Assembly (NCBI GenBank): GCA_041649575.1
Contig: JBAZMW010000002.1
Coordinates: forward strand, 120,001 to 152,000
DNA length: 32,000 nt
Direction of reading: 5' to 3'
From: Patescibacteria group bacterium
GTDB lineage: Bacteria; Patescibacteriota; Patescibacteriia; 2-01-FULL-39-33
Positions 8,773 to 17,903 of this stretch are shown piece by piece. The notes beneath the pieces are model-generated. The model was not told where the DNA came from. It saw only the letters and a list, made by a program, of their open reading frames with translations, and made no database searches. The position numbers were made by a program, and so were the translations under genes. How positions within the stretch are numbered: the first letter of the stretch is position 1; every line of letters begins with the position of its first letter.

Positions 8773-9321
8773 ATGTTGCTTTATTTATTCTTGTTTTTAT
8801 TTTTATTTTTAACGATTTTTGCCCTGCTGATGTCTTTCTCTTTAATCGTCGGCCTGATTCAAACGGGGGGAGTGCCTTTCGTTTCTACCTCTAGAAGAGG
8901 TTTCGACGCCATTTCGCAATTAGCCGAAATAAAGCCCGGTGATATTATTTACGATTTGGGTTGCGGCAAGGCGCATTTTCTGATTCAGACGGTTAAAAAA
9001 CATAACGCCCGAGGCATCGGTTACGAATTGGCTCTTTGGCCATATCTGTGGGCCAAGTTTAATGTTTGGCGGAGTCGGGCTAGGGTAAAAATTTATCGGA
9101 AAAATTTTTTTAAAGCCAGTCTTAATGAAGCCGATGTCGTTTTCTGTTATCTGTTTCCCGGGACAATGGTCAAATTGGAGCCGAAATTTAGCGTTGAATT
9201 AAGACCCAACGCCAGGGTGGTTGTCGCTGCTTTCCAGTTACCCAATCTAGAGCCGAAAAAATCAGTTTTAATTAATGATAATAACACAAAATTAGGTAAG
9301 TTTTATCTCTATGTTTTTTAG
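8773..9321 (+). CDS. Class I SAM-dependent methyltransferase-like protein with N-terminal TM segment
   Basis: LAEIKPGDIIYDLGCGKAHFLIQTVKKHNARGIGYELALW; hydrophobic N-terminus. Confidence 0.75.
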   Translation: MLLYLFLFLFLFLTIFALLMSFSLIVGLIQTGGVPFVSTSRRGFDAISQLAEIKPGDIIYDLGCGKAHFLIQTVKKHNARGIGYELALWPYLWAKFNVWRSRARVKIYRKNFFKASLNEADVVFCYLFPGTMVKLEPKFSVELRPNARVVVAAFQLPNLEPKKSVLINDNNTKLGKFYLYVF

Positions 9322-9331
9322 AGACGAAGGC

Positions 9332-9360
9332 TTGATTTTATTGGCCAGAAGCATTATAAT
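9332..9360 (+). promoter_or_regulatory. Promoter of tRNA-Glu
   Basis: TTGATT (9332-9337), 17-nt spacer, TATAAT (9355-9360). Confidence 0.7.
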
Positions 9361-9382
9361 AAAGAAACATGATTAAAAATAA

Positions 9383-9457
9383 GCCGGGTTCGTCTAGTGG
9401 CTAGGACGCATCCCTCTCACGGATGAAACACGAGTTCGATTCTCGTACTCGGTACCA
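9383..9457 (+). tRNA. tRNA-Glu (anticodon CUC)
   Basis: Cloverleaf fits by hand: acceptor GCCGGGT/ACTCGGT, anticodon arm CATCC-CTCTCAC-GGATG, T-arm ACGAG-TTCGATT-CTCGT, encoded ACCA end. Confidence 0.95.
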
Positions 9458-9495
9458 GTAAAAGTCATAGAATTATTAATAGTTTATTTAAGTTT

Positions 9496-11154
9496 ATGAA
9501 AAAAATTTTTAAAAGAAAGTCCTTTTGGTTAATTGTGGTCGTTATTCTCCTCCTGATTGTCGGTGGAGTTTATTATCAGTTTAAGCAGGGATCCTCTTTG
9601 ATCGAATATACCACCGAGAAAGTCAAGCGAGGCAAATTGGTTCAGACAGTCACGGCCACCGGCCAGGTCGAATCAGCCGAAGAAATAAATCTTAATTTCC
9701 AGATCACCGGCAAGCTGGTTTATTTGAAAGCCAAAGAGGGTGATACGGTTAAGGCTGGCGACGTACTGGCTAGCTTGGATTCTGGCGGAGCAGCCGCCTT
9801 GATCAATCAATACAGAAGTAATGTTTCTGCCGCCGCAGCCGATTTGGCAAAAGTCAAAGCCGGTTCCTCCCCCGAAGATATAAAGGTGACAGAGGAACAA
9901 TTTCTCAAAGCCGAGGCCGATCTGGCTAATCTAAAATCAGAAAGCACCAATCAACTGCTGATTTTGCGAGAAAAAAATTTGGATACTTTAAATAATGCTG
10001 TTTTTACTTTTACCGTGGCCCTAGATAAAGTTTATAATTATTTTATTAATGATAAAACCACTAACGGCCTCCAGGTTACCGACACCAGCTTGTTAAATAA
10101 AGTGGAGAGTGATTATTATTTACTCAGAAAAAACTTGGATTCTGCCAGAGAAATTATCAATCAGGCCAATAGTGTCAAAAGCGATGATTTAATTTTGGCT
10201 TCGTCCGATCAGATGCGGGACTCGATGATAAAACTCAACTATTTTCTAAATGATGCCTTTGGCTTGGGCGACACCATTATTCTTAACACCTATTATTCGC
10301 AAACCACCAAAGACACCATTAAAACCGACATTGGCACTCAACAATCAACCAACAATACCGCCCTAACTTCCCTGCAGACGGCCAAATCAAACCTGATTAA
10401 CGAAACAAACAGCTATAATTCTCAGATCAAAGCCGCCGAAAACAACCTTGGTATTTATCAGGCGCAGCTTAATCTTAAAAAAGCCGGGCCTCGGAATTTT
10501 GAGGTTGAATCGGCCGAAGCCAAAGTAGCTCAAGCCCAGGCCCAGTTGAACAAGGCTTTGAGTGATTTTGGAAATTATACTATCAAGGCGCCAATTAATG
10601 GCAAAATTACCAAAGTTAATTTTTCTGTTGGCGAACAAACCAGCTTGACTGAGCCGGTTATTAGTATGCTGGGTACTGAAAAATATCAAATTAAAGTAGA
10701 TATACCCGAATCAGATATTACCAAAGTTAAAATTGGCGATAAGGTTTCTATTGAATTGGACGCCTTCGGTTCCGATCATCCTTTTTCTGGCGCCATCAGC
10801 TTTGTCGACCCGGCCCAAACTGTAATTAAGGACGTGACTTATTATAAAACCACCGTCAGTTTTGACCAAGATTCCTGGAACGATCAAATCAAACCCGGCA
10901 TGACTGCCAATATCACCATTATGACCGGAGAAAAAGACGATGTTCTATTTATACCGCAACGAGCCGTTAGGGTTAAAGAGGCCTCACTCGGTGAAACTGC
11001 GACCAAGGTCGTTTCTGTTCTGGCTAATAACCAGGAGGAAGAAAAAGTGGTTGTGGTTGGTTTAAGAGGCGATAACGGTTTAGTGGAGGTTCTCTCTGGT
11101 TTGACTGAAGGCCAAGAGGTCATCACCTTTAAAAAGGACAACGGTAAAAAATAA
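9496..11154 (+). CDS. Periplasmic-adaptor/HlyD-like subunit of a MacAB-type exporter
   Basis: GKLVQTVTATGQVESAEEINLNFQITGKLVYLKAKEGDTVKAGDVLA, long coiled-coil insert, YTIKAPINGKITKVNFSVGE; followed by ATPase and permeases. Confidence 0.88.
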   Translation: MKKIFKRKSFWLIVVVILLLIVGGVYYQFKQGSSLIEYTTEKVKRGKLVQTVTATGQVESAEEINLNFQITGKLVYLKAKEGDTVKAGDVLASLDSGGAAALINQYRSNVSAAAADLAKVKAGSSPEDIKVTEEQFLKAEADLANLKSESTNQLLILREKNLDTLNNAVFTFTVALDKVYNYFINDKTTNGLQVTDTSLLNKVESDYYLLRKNLDSAREIINQANSVKSDDLILASSDQMRDSMIKLNYFLNDAFGLGDTIILNTYYSQTTKDTIKTDIGTQQSTNNTALTSLQTAKSNLINETNSYNSQIKAAENNLGIYQAQLNLKKAGPRNFEVESAEAKVAQAQAQLNKALSDFGNYTIKAPINGKITKVNFSVGEQTSLTEPVISMLGTEKYQIKVDIPESDITKVKIGDKVSIELDAFGSDHPFSGAISFVDPAQTVIKDVTYYKTTVSFDQDSWNDQIKPGMTANITIMTGEKDDVLFIPQRAVRVKEASLGETATKVVSVLANNQEEEKVVVVGLRGDNGLVEVLSGLTEGQEVITFKKDNGKK

Positions 11155-11163
11155 TTTTTTGTT

Positions 11164-11880
11164 ATGGCTCCTCTAATCGAGATTAAGGATCTAAAAAAGG
11201 ATTATATTAACGAAGAGATAATAACCAAGGTTCTCTTCGGGCTGTCTTTTGCCATAGAAAGTGGCGAATTTGTGGCCGTGATGGGCCCTTCTGGCAGCGG
11301 CAAATCGACTTTAATGCACATCCTCGGCTTTCTAGACACCTTAACTAGCGGCAGCTATTTTTTCAAAGGGCGTGAAGTCAGTAATTTGAACGATGATCAG
11401 CTGGCCAAGATTCGCAACGAAGAGGTTGGTTTTGTTTTTCAGGCCTTTAATCTCTTGCCGCGTACCACCGTGTACGATAATGTCAAACTGCCGTTAATTT
11501 ATAGTAATCAGAAAAATCAGGATCAGCTGATTAGAGCGGCCATTAAAGCGGTTGACCTGGAACATCGAGTTAATAATCTGTCCAATCAGTTGTCCGGTGG
11601 CGAAAAGCAGCGAGTGGCTATAGCCAGAGCCTTGGTCAATAATCCCAGTATTATTTTTGCCGACGAACCTACTGGCAATTTGGATAGCAAGTCGGGCAGC
11701 GCTATCATGGAAATTTTAGAAAACTTGAATAATCAAGGACATACTATTATTTTAGTGACTCACGAAAGCGATACGGCCAGGCACGCCAAGAGAATTATTA
11801 AGATGTGCGACGGTTTGATTTGCAGTGATGAAGTTGTCGAACGAAGAAGATCGGTTCGTGACGGTGAATTGAAAAAATAA
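11164..11880 (+). CDS. ABC transporter ATP-binding protein (MacB/LolD-type)
   Basis: Walker [10 protein letters not shown], signature [15 protein letters not shown], Walker [14 protein letters not shown]-loop VTHE. Confidence 0.96.
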   Translation: MAPLIEIKDLKKDYINEEIITKVLFGLSFAIESGEFVAVMGPSGSGKSTLMHILGFLDTLTSGSYFFKGREVSNLNDDQLAKIRNEEVGFVFQAFNLLPRTTVYDNVKLPLIYSNQKNQDQLIRAAIKAVDLEHRVNNLSNQLSGGEKQRVAIARALVNNPSIIFADEPTGNLDSKSGSAIMEILENLNNQGHTIILVTHESDTARHAKRIIKMCDGLICSDEVVERRRSVRDGELKK

Positions 11881-11894
11881 AACTACTATTTTTT

Positions 11895-13130
11895 ATGCGG
11901 CTTAGTGATATCGTCAAACTATCTTTTTCTGTTCTGCGTCGCAATCGGATCCGCAGTTTTTTGACTGGCCTGGGAATTATAATTGGTATCGCCTCGGTAA
12001 TAATTATCATGTCTGTCGGCGCCGGAGCCCAAAGCTTGATCATCAACCAGCTCAATTCACTAGGTACCAATCTGATCGGCATTCTGCCGGGAACTTCAGA
12101 CGAGAATGGGCCGCCGGCTTCGGCTTTTGGCGTCATTGTCGCCACTTTAAAATATGAGGATGCCACGGCCATCGCCAAAGAAGTACCCAATGTTTTGGCT
12201 GTTAGTTCTTATAACACCGGTTTGGGGACCATCAGTTATCAGAATGCCAGTTTGGACACCAATTTTTATGGAGTAATGAGCTCTTATCCTATAGTGGAAG
12301 ACACCGAGGTAGGTCTGGGTCGCTTTTTTACTCCGGAAGAAGAAAAAAACAGTTCTCGAGTCGTGGTTTTGGGCTATCAAGTCTGGCAAGAACTCTTTAG
12401 TGGCAGCGACCCTTTGGGCAAAAAAATAAGAATTAATAAAGAATATTTTGACGTTATCGGCGTAATGAAAGAGCGGGGTGTCGCTGGTTTTCAAAATCAA
12501 GACAAACTGGTTTTGATTCCGATTTCCACCGCCCAAAAAATTATGCTCGGCATCAGATATGTTAATTTTATCAGAGCCAAGGTCAACGATGCCAAAAACA
12601 TCGATCAGGCCACCAATGACATCACCTTATTACTAAGAGACCGCCATAATATTTTTGAATCGGGTATTGATGATTTCTCGGTGCGTAATACCAAAGAAGC
12701 TATAGACACACTGACAATGATAACCGACGCTCTGAAATTTTTCTTGGCTGCCATCGCTGGTATTTCTTTGATTGTTGGCGGCGTGGGAGTAATGAATATT
12801 ATGCTGGCATCGGTCAACGAAAGAATCAGGGAAATTGGTTTGCGCAAAGCGGTTGGCGCCAAGAAAGCCAATATTATGACACAGTTTGTTTTGGAGACTA
12901 TAACCATCACCTTGCTGGGTGGGATTATCGGTATAATCCTGGGGTCACTAGTGGCGCTTTTAGTGATGCTTGTCGCCAGATACCTGGGCTATCAGTGGGA
13001 TTTGGTGATCACTATAAATTCTATTTTGGTCGGTGTCGGCATGGCGGTTTTAGTGGGTTTGGTTTTTGGTTTGTATCCGGCCCGGCGGGCCGCCAAATTA
13101 GATCCAATAGAAGCTCTGCGTTATGAATAA
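11895..13130 (+). CDS. ABC transporter permease, MacB/FtsX-like
   Basis: RNRIRSFLTGLGIIIGIASVIIIMSVG, VGGVGVMNIMLASVNERIREIGLRKAVGAKKANI. Confidence 0.93.
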   Translation: MRLSDIVKLSFSVLRRNRIRSFLTGLGIIIGIASVIIIMSVGAGAQSLIINQLNSLGTNLIGILPGTSDENGPPASAFGVIVATLKYEDATAIAKEVPNVLAVSSYNTGLGTISYQNASLDTNFYGVMSSYPIVEDTEVGLGRFFTPEEEKNSSRVVVLGYQVWQELFSGSDPLGKKIRINKEYFDVIGVMKERGVAGFQNQDKLVLIPISTAQKIMLGIRYVNFIRAKVNDAKNIDQATNDITLLLRDRHNIFESGIDDFSVRNTKEAIDTLTMITDALKFFLAAIAGISLIVGGVGVMNIMLASVNERIREIGLRKAVGAKKANIMTQFVLETITITLLGGIIGIILGSLVALLVMLVARYLGYQWDLVITINSILVGVGMAVLVGLVFGLYPARRAAKLDPIEALRYE

Positions 13131-14373
13131 TTTTTTTCTACCGTTAAAATTTGCCTGGCAATCTCTGGGCCATCACCGCGGCCGCACTTTTTTGACTATC
13201 GTGGGTATTGTAATTGGTATCGCCGCCGTCATCATGGTCATGTCTGCCGGTGACAGCCTCAAGGGTTTGGTTCTAGATCAGGTGGAGTCTTTTGGTTCGG
13301 ATTTTATTCAGGTAGAGGTAAAGGTGCCCAGCACCGGCAAAAACTCTTTTGACAATGCTGCCGCTATGGTTCAAGGGATTCAGGTGACTACTCTAAAAAT
13401 CGAAGACGCCGAAGCCATAAAAAAATTGTCCAATGTAAAGAATTATTACGCCGGAATTACAGGGCAAGAGGTTATTTCTTATCTGGACACACAAAAGTCA
13501 GTCACTTTTATGGGCATCTCGCCTTCCTTTATCGATATCGATAAATCCAAGATGTCGGCTGGGCGTTTTTTTTCCAAAGATGAGGACAGCGAATTAGCCA
13601 GGGTTTTGACCTTGGGCTCCAAATTGGCCGTCAAGCTTTTTGGCAATCAGGATCCGGTAGGCAAGAGCGTAAAGTTGGGTAAGAATAAATTTTTAGTTGT
13701 TGGGGTAATGGAAGAGCGGGGGAGCGGCTTTGGTTTGGATTTCGATCAATTTGCTTATTTGCCCTTGCAGACGGCGCAGAAGCTGGTGATGGGAGTTGAT
13801 TATGTTGTTTGGGCTACGGTTCAGGTAGAAGATACTAAACTCCAAGATCAAACCGCCGAAGAGATTACAACTCTCTTAAGAGAGAGGCATAAAATAGATA
13901 ATCCTAAGCGTGACGATTTTGCCGTGACCACTGCTGCCGAGGCTATTGACATGGTTAATACTATTTTTGGCGGTATCACCCTGCTGCTGACTGCCATCGC
14001 CGGCATTTCTCTTTTGGTTGGCGGTATTGGTATCATGAATATTATGTATGTTTCGGTCAGCGAGAGAACTTTTGAAATTGGTCTAAGAAAAGCCGTTGGA
14101 GCCAAAAACGTTCAGATTTTGTGGCAATTCTTGTGGGAAGCGATAGTGGTTACTGTTTTTGGCGGTATTATTGGCATCACTCTGGGAATTTTATTTTCAC
14201 TTATCATCAGTTTTGTCGCCGGACAATTCGGTTTTGCCTGGGGCTTTAGCCTGCCGCCGCAAGCGATTATCATCGCTTTTGGTTTTTGCGCCGCGGTGGG
14301 TTTGATTTTTGGCTATTATCCCGCTCAAAAAGCAGCCAAAATGAATCCCATAGTTGCCTTGGGCCACGAGTAA
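13123..14373 (+). CDS. ABC transporter permease, MacB/FtsX-like (paralogue of preceding gene)
   Basis: GRTFLTIVGIVIGIAAVIMVMSAG, VGGIGIMNIMYVSVSERTFEIGLRKAVGAKNVQI; 8-nt overlap with upstream gene. Confidence 0.93.
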   Translation: MNNFFLPLKFAWQSLGHHRGRTFLTIVGIVIGIAAVIMVMSAGDSLKGLVLDQVESFGSDFIQVEVKVPSTGKNSFDNAAAMVQGIQVTTLKIEDAEAIKKLSNVKNYYAGITGQEVISYLDTQKSVTFMGISPSFIDIDKSKMSAGRFFSKDEDSELARVLTLGSKLAVKLFGNQDPVGKSVKLGKNKFLVVGVMEERGSGFGLDFDQFAYLPLQTAQKLVMGVDYVVWATVQVEDTKLQDQTAEEITTLLRERHKIDNPKRDDFAVTTAAEAIDMVNTIFGGITLLLTAIAGISLLVGGIGIMNIMYVSVSERTFEIGLRKAVGAKNVQILWQFLWEAIVVTVFGGIIGITLGILFSLIISFVAGQFGFAWGFSLPPQAIIIAFGFCAAVGLIFGYYPAQKAAKMNPIVALGHE

Positions 14374-14387
14374 TTTTTGATAGTTCT

Positions 14388-15503
14388 ATGATTCTCGATC
14401 AATATTTTTCCCATCTCAAAAAAAACGATTGGGCGCTACTGGCCGCCGTATTTTTGTTGATTGCCTTCGGCTTGTCGGCTATTTACAGTGTGGCCTTGGG
14501 TCAGGGATTAGGGGAATTTATTAATTTCAAAAAACAGCTGGTGTGGTTGGTGGTGGGGGTTTTTCTGATGTTTTTTATTTCCAGCGTCAATTATCATTAT
14601 TGGCGTCGCTGGGCTTGGTTGGGTTATTTTTTGGGTTTGATTTTGTTGGTATTGGTTTTGACTCCCTTAGGTTCGACTATTCGCGGTTCTCAAGGTTGGT
14701 TTTCGTTGGGCATTTTTTCTTTCCAGCCGGTCGAATTTATGAAAATTTTTTTAATCATTGTTCTGGCCGATGTTTACAGCCGTTACGCGCGCACTATCAA
14801 TAAATTTTTACAGTTGGTTTTGATTGGTTTGCTGGTAGTTTTGCCACTGGGCCTGGTGATGCTCCAGCCGGATTTTGGTTCGGCCATGGTTATTTTTTTC
14901 GTTTGGCTGTTGTCCAGCCTGCTTTTGATTAGAAAAAAATGGCACTTGGCTGTTATTATTATTCTAATTTTGGCTTCTTTTTTAGTTAGTTGGAACTTCG
15001 TTTTCCAGGACTATCAGAAAGATCGAATTATAACTTTTGTTAATCCGGCTGCCGATCCCTTAGGTAGCGGCTATAATGTCAGGCAGTCGATCATTGCGGT
15101 CGGCGCTGGCCGGCTTTTGGGGCGGGGCTTGGGTTTTGGTAGCCAGAGTCAGTTAAAATTTATTCCCGAAAGCCAAACGGATTTTATCTTTGCGGTAATT
15201 GCCGAAGAGCTGGGTCTGGTTGGCGTGCTTTTGGTGCTAGTTTTTTTCTTTCTGATTTTCTATCGGGTCTATCTTGTTGCCACCAGAGCACCCGACGATT
15301 TTGGCATGTTTCTGGCTCTGCTGATTCTGATAGTTATTTTTGTCCATGTTTTTATCAATATCGGCATGGGTTTGGGTTTGATGCCGGTGACCGGCATTTC
15401 TCTGCCCCTGGTTTCTTATGGTGGCAGTTTTTTGATAGTCACTCTGTTTTTTATCGGCCTAGTTTTAAATATTTACAAGTCAGCCTTGGTTTTCCGGCGC
15501 TAA
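14388..15503 (+). CDS. rodA: FtsW/RodA/SpoVE-family SEDS protein (RodA-like)
   Basis: STIRGSQGWFSLGIFSFQPVEFMKIFLIIVLA, LQPDFGSAMV, FIFAVIAEELGLVG, GISLPLVSYGGSFLI; start moved to ATG 14388. Confidence 0.85.
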   Translation: MILDQYFSHLKKNDWALLAAVFLLIAFGLSAIYSVALGQGLGEFINFKKQLVWLVVGVFLMFFISSVNYHYWRRWAWLGYFLGLILLVLVLTPLGSTIRGSQGWFSLGIFSFQPVEFMKIFLIIVLADVYSRYARTINKFLQLVLIGLLVVLPLGLVMLQPDFGSAMVIFFVWLLSSLLLIRKKWHLAVIIILILASFLVSWNFVFQDYQKDRIITFVNPAADPLGSGYNVRQSIIAVGAGRLLGRGLGFGSQSQLKFIPESQTDFIFAVIAEELGLVGVLLVLVFFFLIFYRVYLVATRAPDDFGMFLALLILIVIFVHVFINIGMGLGLMPVTGISLPLVSYGGSFLIVTLFFIGLVLNIYKSALVFRR

Positions 15504-15559
15504 CGCCGTTTCGCCACTAGTCTAGTTTTATAAAAAAACAATAAATTTAATTTTATTTT

Positions 15560-15901
15560 ATGCCAGACGCCTTTTCTACAAATTTTAATCGTTTTTTGGA
15601 TGACGGCCTGAAGATCGTTGCCAATTGCCCGGTTTGCCATTATCATTACAACCCGGGTGAAGCCAAAGTCTTGGAAGAGAATGAGGGGGCTCACTTGATT
15701 TATCTCAAATGTCGTCGTTGTTATTCGGCAATTCTGGTTTTAATAATGGCCAATAATTTTGGCATTAGTTCGGTGGGCTTGATCACCGACTTGGACAGTC
15801 ACGAAGTGATGAAGTTTAAAGCCGCCAAAGAAACAAACAGCGACGACGTCTTGTCTGTTCATCAGCTTTTAGAAAATAATTCTTCCGGCTGGTTTGGCTA
15901 G
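15560..15901 (+). CDS. Small protein with zinc-ribbon-like CPVC...CRRC pairs
   Basis: VANCPVCHYHYNPGEAKV...LKCRRCYSAILVLIMANN; open frame between SEDS gene and L25. Confidence 0.6.
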   Translation: MPDAFSTNFNRFLDDGLKIVANCPVCHYHYNPGEAKVLEENEGAHLIYLKCRRCYSAILVLIMANNFGISSVGLITDLDSHEVMKFKAAKETNSDDVLSVHQLLENNSSGWFG

Positions 15902-15939
15902 GCGGGTTAGTCGTTATTTTTAAAAGCCGCCGCTAAAGG

Positions 15940-15968
15940 TTGACTTTTTAAAATTTTTGTTCTAAGAT
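15940..15968 (+). promoter_or_regulatory. Promoter of the L25 gene
   Basis: TTGACT (15940-15945), 17-nt spacer, TAAGAT (15963-15968). Confidence 0.65.
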
Positions 15969-16009
15969 ATTTTAAGTTTTAAAAACCATTTAAATTTAGG
16001 TTAATTATT

Positions 16010-16666
16010 ATGACTAGCAAATTAGAAGCGGCAACCAGAACCCTGTCCGGTAAAAAATTATTCAAGTTAAGGCAGCAGGATAAAATACCGGCAGTTATCT
16101 ATGGCCATGGCTCGGAAAACAAGAGTTTAGAGTTGGGATATTCGTTTTTTTCCAGTCTTTATCAGGAGGCTGGAGAAAATACCATTATTGATTTGGTAAT
16201 CGACGGTGGCGCTCCGGTTAAGGCGCTGATTGCCGATGTTCAGTATAATCCTTTGAGCGGCCGCATTCAGCACGTTGATTTTCAGACCGTCAAGATGGAC
16301 GAAAAGATACACGCTCATGTCAGTTTCGAATTTATCGGCGAATGCCGTCTGGTCAAAGAAGAAGGCGGTGTTTTGATTCATAATCTGGACGAAGTGGAAA
16401 TCTATTGTCTGCCGGGCGACTTGATTCATGAGATCGAAATCGATCTCTCCGTCCTCAAGGAATTCGGCGATGTCATCGCCGTCAAGGATCTAAAGTTGTC
16501 TCAAAAGGTGGAAATCATCGGCCACGAGCCGGAGGATGTAATTGTCACGATTACCCGGCCGAGGGAAGAAAAAGAAGAGGTAGTGGCGGCTCCGGCCGAA
16601 GAGGTTGCGACCAGTGAAGTCAAGGAAGCAGCCAGTGAGAAAGTTGAAAGTACGGAAAAGCAATAA
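16010..16666 (+). CDS. rplY: 50S ribosomal protein L25/general stress protein Ctc
   Basis: LRQQDKIPAVIYGHGSENKSLELGYSFFSSLYQEAGENTIIDLVIDG, VQYNPLSGRIQHVDFQTV, acidic C-terminal extension. Confidence 0.95.
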   Translation: MTSKLEAATRTLSGKKLFKLRQQDKIPAVIYGHGSENKSLELGYSFFSSLYQEAGENTIIDLVIDGGAPVKALIADVQYNPLSGRIQHVDFQTVKMDEKIHAHVSFEFIGECRLVKEEGGVLIHNLDEVEIYCLPGDLIHEIEIDLSVLKEFGDVIAVKDLKLSQKVEIIGHEPEDVIVTITRPREEKEEVVAAPAEEVATSEVKEAASEKVESTEKQ

Positions 16667-16680
16667 AATCTATAACTCAA

Positions 16681-16710
16681 AAGAAGGCCGGTATCTAGGC
16701 CTTCTTTTGT
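16681..16710 (+). terminator. Terminator of the L25 gene
   Basis: AAGAAGGCC-N8-GGCCTTCTT followed by TT. Confidence 0.75.
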
Positions 16711-16741
16711 TTTTGCCGATTTTTACCTGTTGATATTTAGT

Positions 16742-16770
16742 TTGACGTTTTTACTAAATGGTGATATTAT
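16742..16770 (+). promoter_or_regulatory. Promoter of the candidate ncRNA
   Basis: TTGACG (16742-16747), 17-nt spacer, TATTAT (16765-16770). Confidence 0.7.
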
Positions 16771-16776
16771 AAAAAT

Positions 16777-17035
16777 GCACCTAGTTTTTGGGAATGGGAG
16801 GAGACAAAGAGAGCCCAAGTTGGTGGTGGCGAAGGAGGGGAAAACACACTGACCTTGTCGGTGTGGGATCAACCCGCATTTCCTGGCGGAAGAGGAGAAC
16901 AGCGGTATGGTTCGCGAACGCCCACCCTGATCAAATTATCGATTCTACATAACAGGTAGTCGCTGTTGATACGATTCGGGTGCGTCAAAGCTCGGGGCAT
17001 GGCTTAACGGTCGTGCCCCGGGCTCTCTATTTTTT
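16777..17035 (+). ncRNA. Candidate structured non-coding RNA, about 250 nt, family not recognised
   Basis: Own promoter and strong terminator; 9-bp end helix AGAGAGCCC (16808-16816)/GGGCTCTCT (17020-17028); hairpin CACACTGAC-CTT-GTCGGTGTG (16845-16865); GGTGG/CCACC and AACAG/CTGTT helices; no convincing ORF. Confidence 0.6.
16989..17035 (+). terminator. Strong intrinsic terminator of the ncRNA candidate
   Basis: GCTCGGGGCATG-N10-CGTGCCCCGGGC followed by TCTCTATTTTTT. Confidence 0.8.
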
Positions 17036-17903
17036 AATCAACTATTTCTAAAATTCGATTGAGGCCGGCTAGGTCTTTTTTTATTTCTATTTTGGAATCT
17101 GGAAAATATTTTTGTGCCAGTTTCTTTGTCTCCTGCGGGTAAGCGTGGCCAATCTCGCAAAAAATCGCTCGTGGCTGGTGGGCCATTTTTTTTATTTGCT
17201 GAAATAATTTATCAGAAAGTTCTAAACCAAACTTGCCGCCGGCCAAGGCCAATTTTGGCTCAAAGTCCAGGGAGTGTCGGTGCGCTTGTTGATTTTTTTC
17301 TAGGCGTAGGTTTTTTTCTTTATCGTCCAGATAAGGAAGATTGGCCACAATAACGTCAATTTTTTTATTACCAACATTCTTCAGTAAGTCGCTTTTAAAA
17401 AATTCAATTTTTACTTTGTTAATCTCGGCATTTAAGCTAGCTATTTTTAGGGCTTTGCTGGATATATCTAGAGCTAAGATTTGGGCCTGTGGCAGGCTTT
17501 TTTTGAGAGCCACGGCAATGCAGCCAGAACCAGTGCCCACATCAACCAGGATCGGTTTTTGGCTTCTGGGCGGTTTCTGGCAATAAGCGATCGCCTCCTC
17601 CACCAATAACTCTGTTTCCGGGCGGGGGATTAGGACGTTTTTGTTGACTTTGAACCGCAGGCCGAAAAATTCTTTGTTGCCGGTAAGATAAGCCACCGGC
17701 TCGTGGCGGGTCCGGCGGCTGATTAATTTTGAAAAAGCTTGCCGCTGTTTGTCGGTCAATTTTTTTTCACCATGGGCATAAAGGAACTCTCGCGGTTTTT
17801 TTAGCACAAAACTTAAAATTACTTCAGCATCCAATCCGGCCGAAGTAATTCCGCTATTTTGCAGTTTTTTGCTAGCCGCTGCCAAGGCTTGTTTGGCGGT
17901 CAT
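17034..17903 (-). CDS. prmC: Peptide chain release factor N5-glutamine methyltransferase
   Basis: LIPRPETELLVEEAI, VDVGTGSGCIAVALK, VANLPY; starts at ATG 17903 with a 4-nt ATGA overlap with the upstream gene. Confidence 0.88.
   Translation of the reverse strand: MTAKQALAAASKKLQNSGITSAGLDAEVILSFVLKKPREFLYAHGEKKLTDKQRQAFSKLISRRTRHEPVAYLTGNKEFFGLRFKVNKNVLIPRPETELLVEEAIAYCQKPPRSQKPILVDVGTGSGCIAVALKKSLPQAQILALDISSKALKIASLNAEINKVKIEFFKSDLLKNVGNKKIDVIVANLPYLDDKEKNLRLEKNQQAHRHSLDFEPKLALAGGKFGLELSDKLFQQIKKMAHQPRAIFCEIGHAYPQETKKLAQKYFPDSKIEIKKDLAGLNRILEIVD

Noticed and set aside
16777-17035. ncRNA region as RNase P, tmRNA, SRP or 6S RNA, or as a small ORF (16797 onward, MGGDKESPSWWWRRR...)
   Set aside because: No GAGGAAAGUC/ACAGAA, tRNA-like tmRNA ends, or CCGGAAGG-type SRP loop recognised; multi-helix layout unlike a 6S rod. 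The ORF is Trp/Arg-rich with poor start context. A remote match cannot be ruled out without Rfam.
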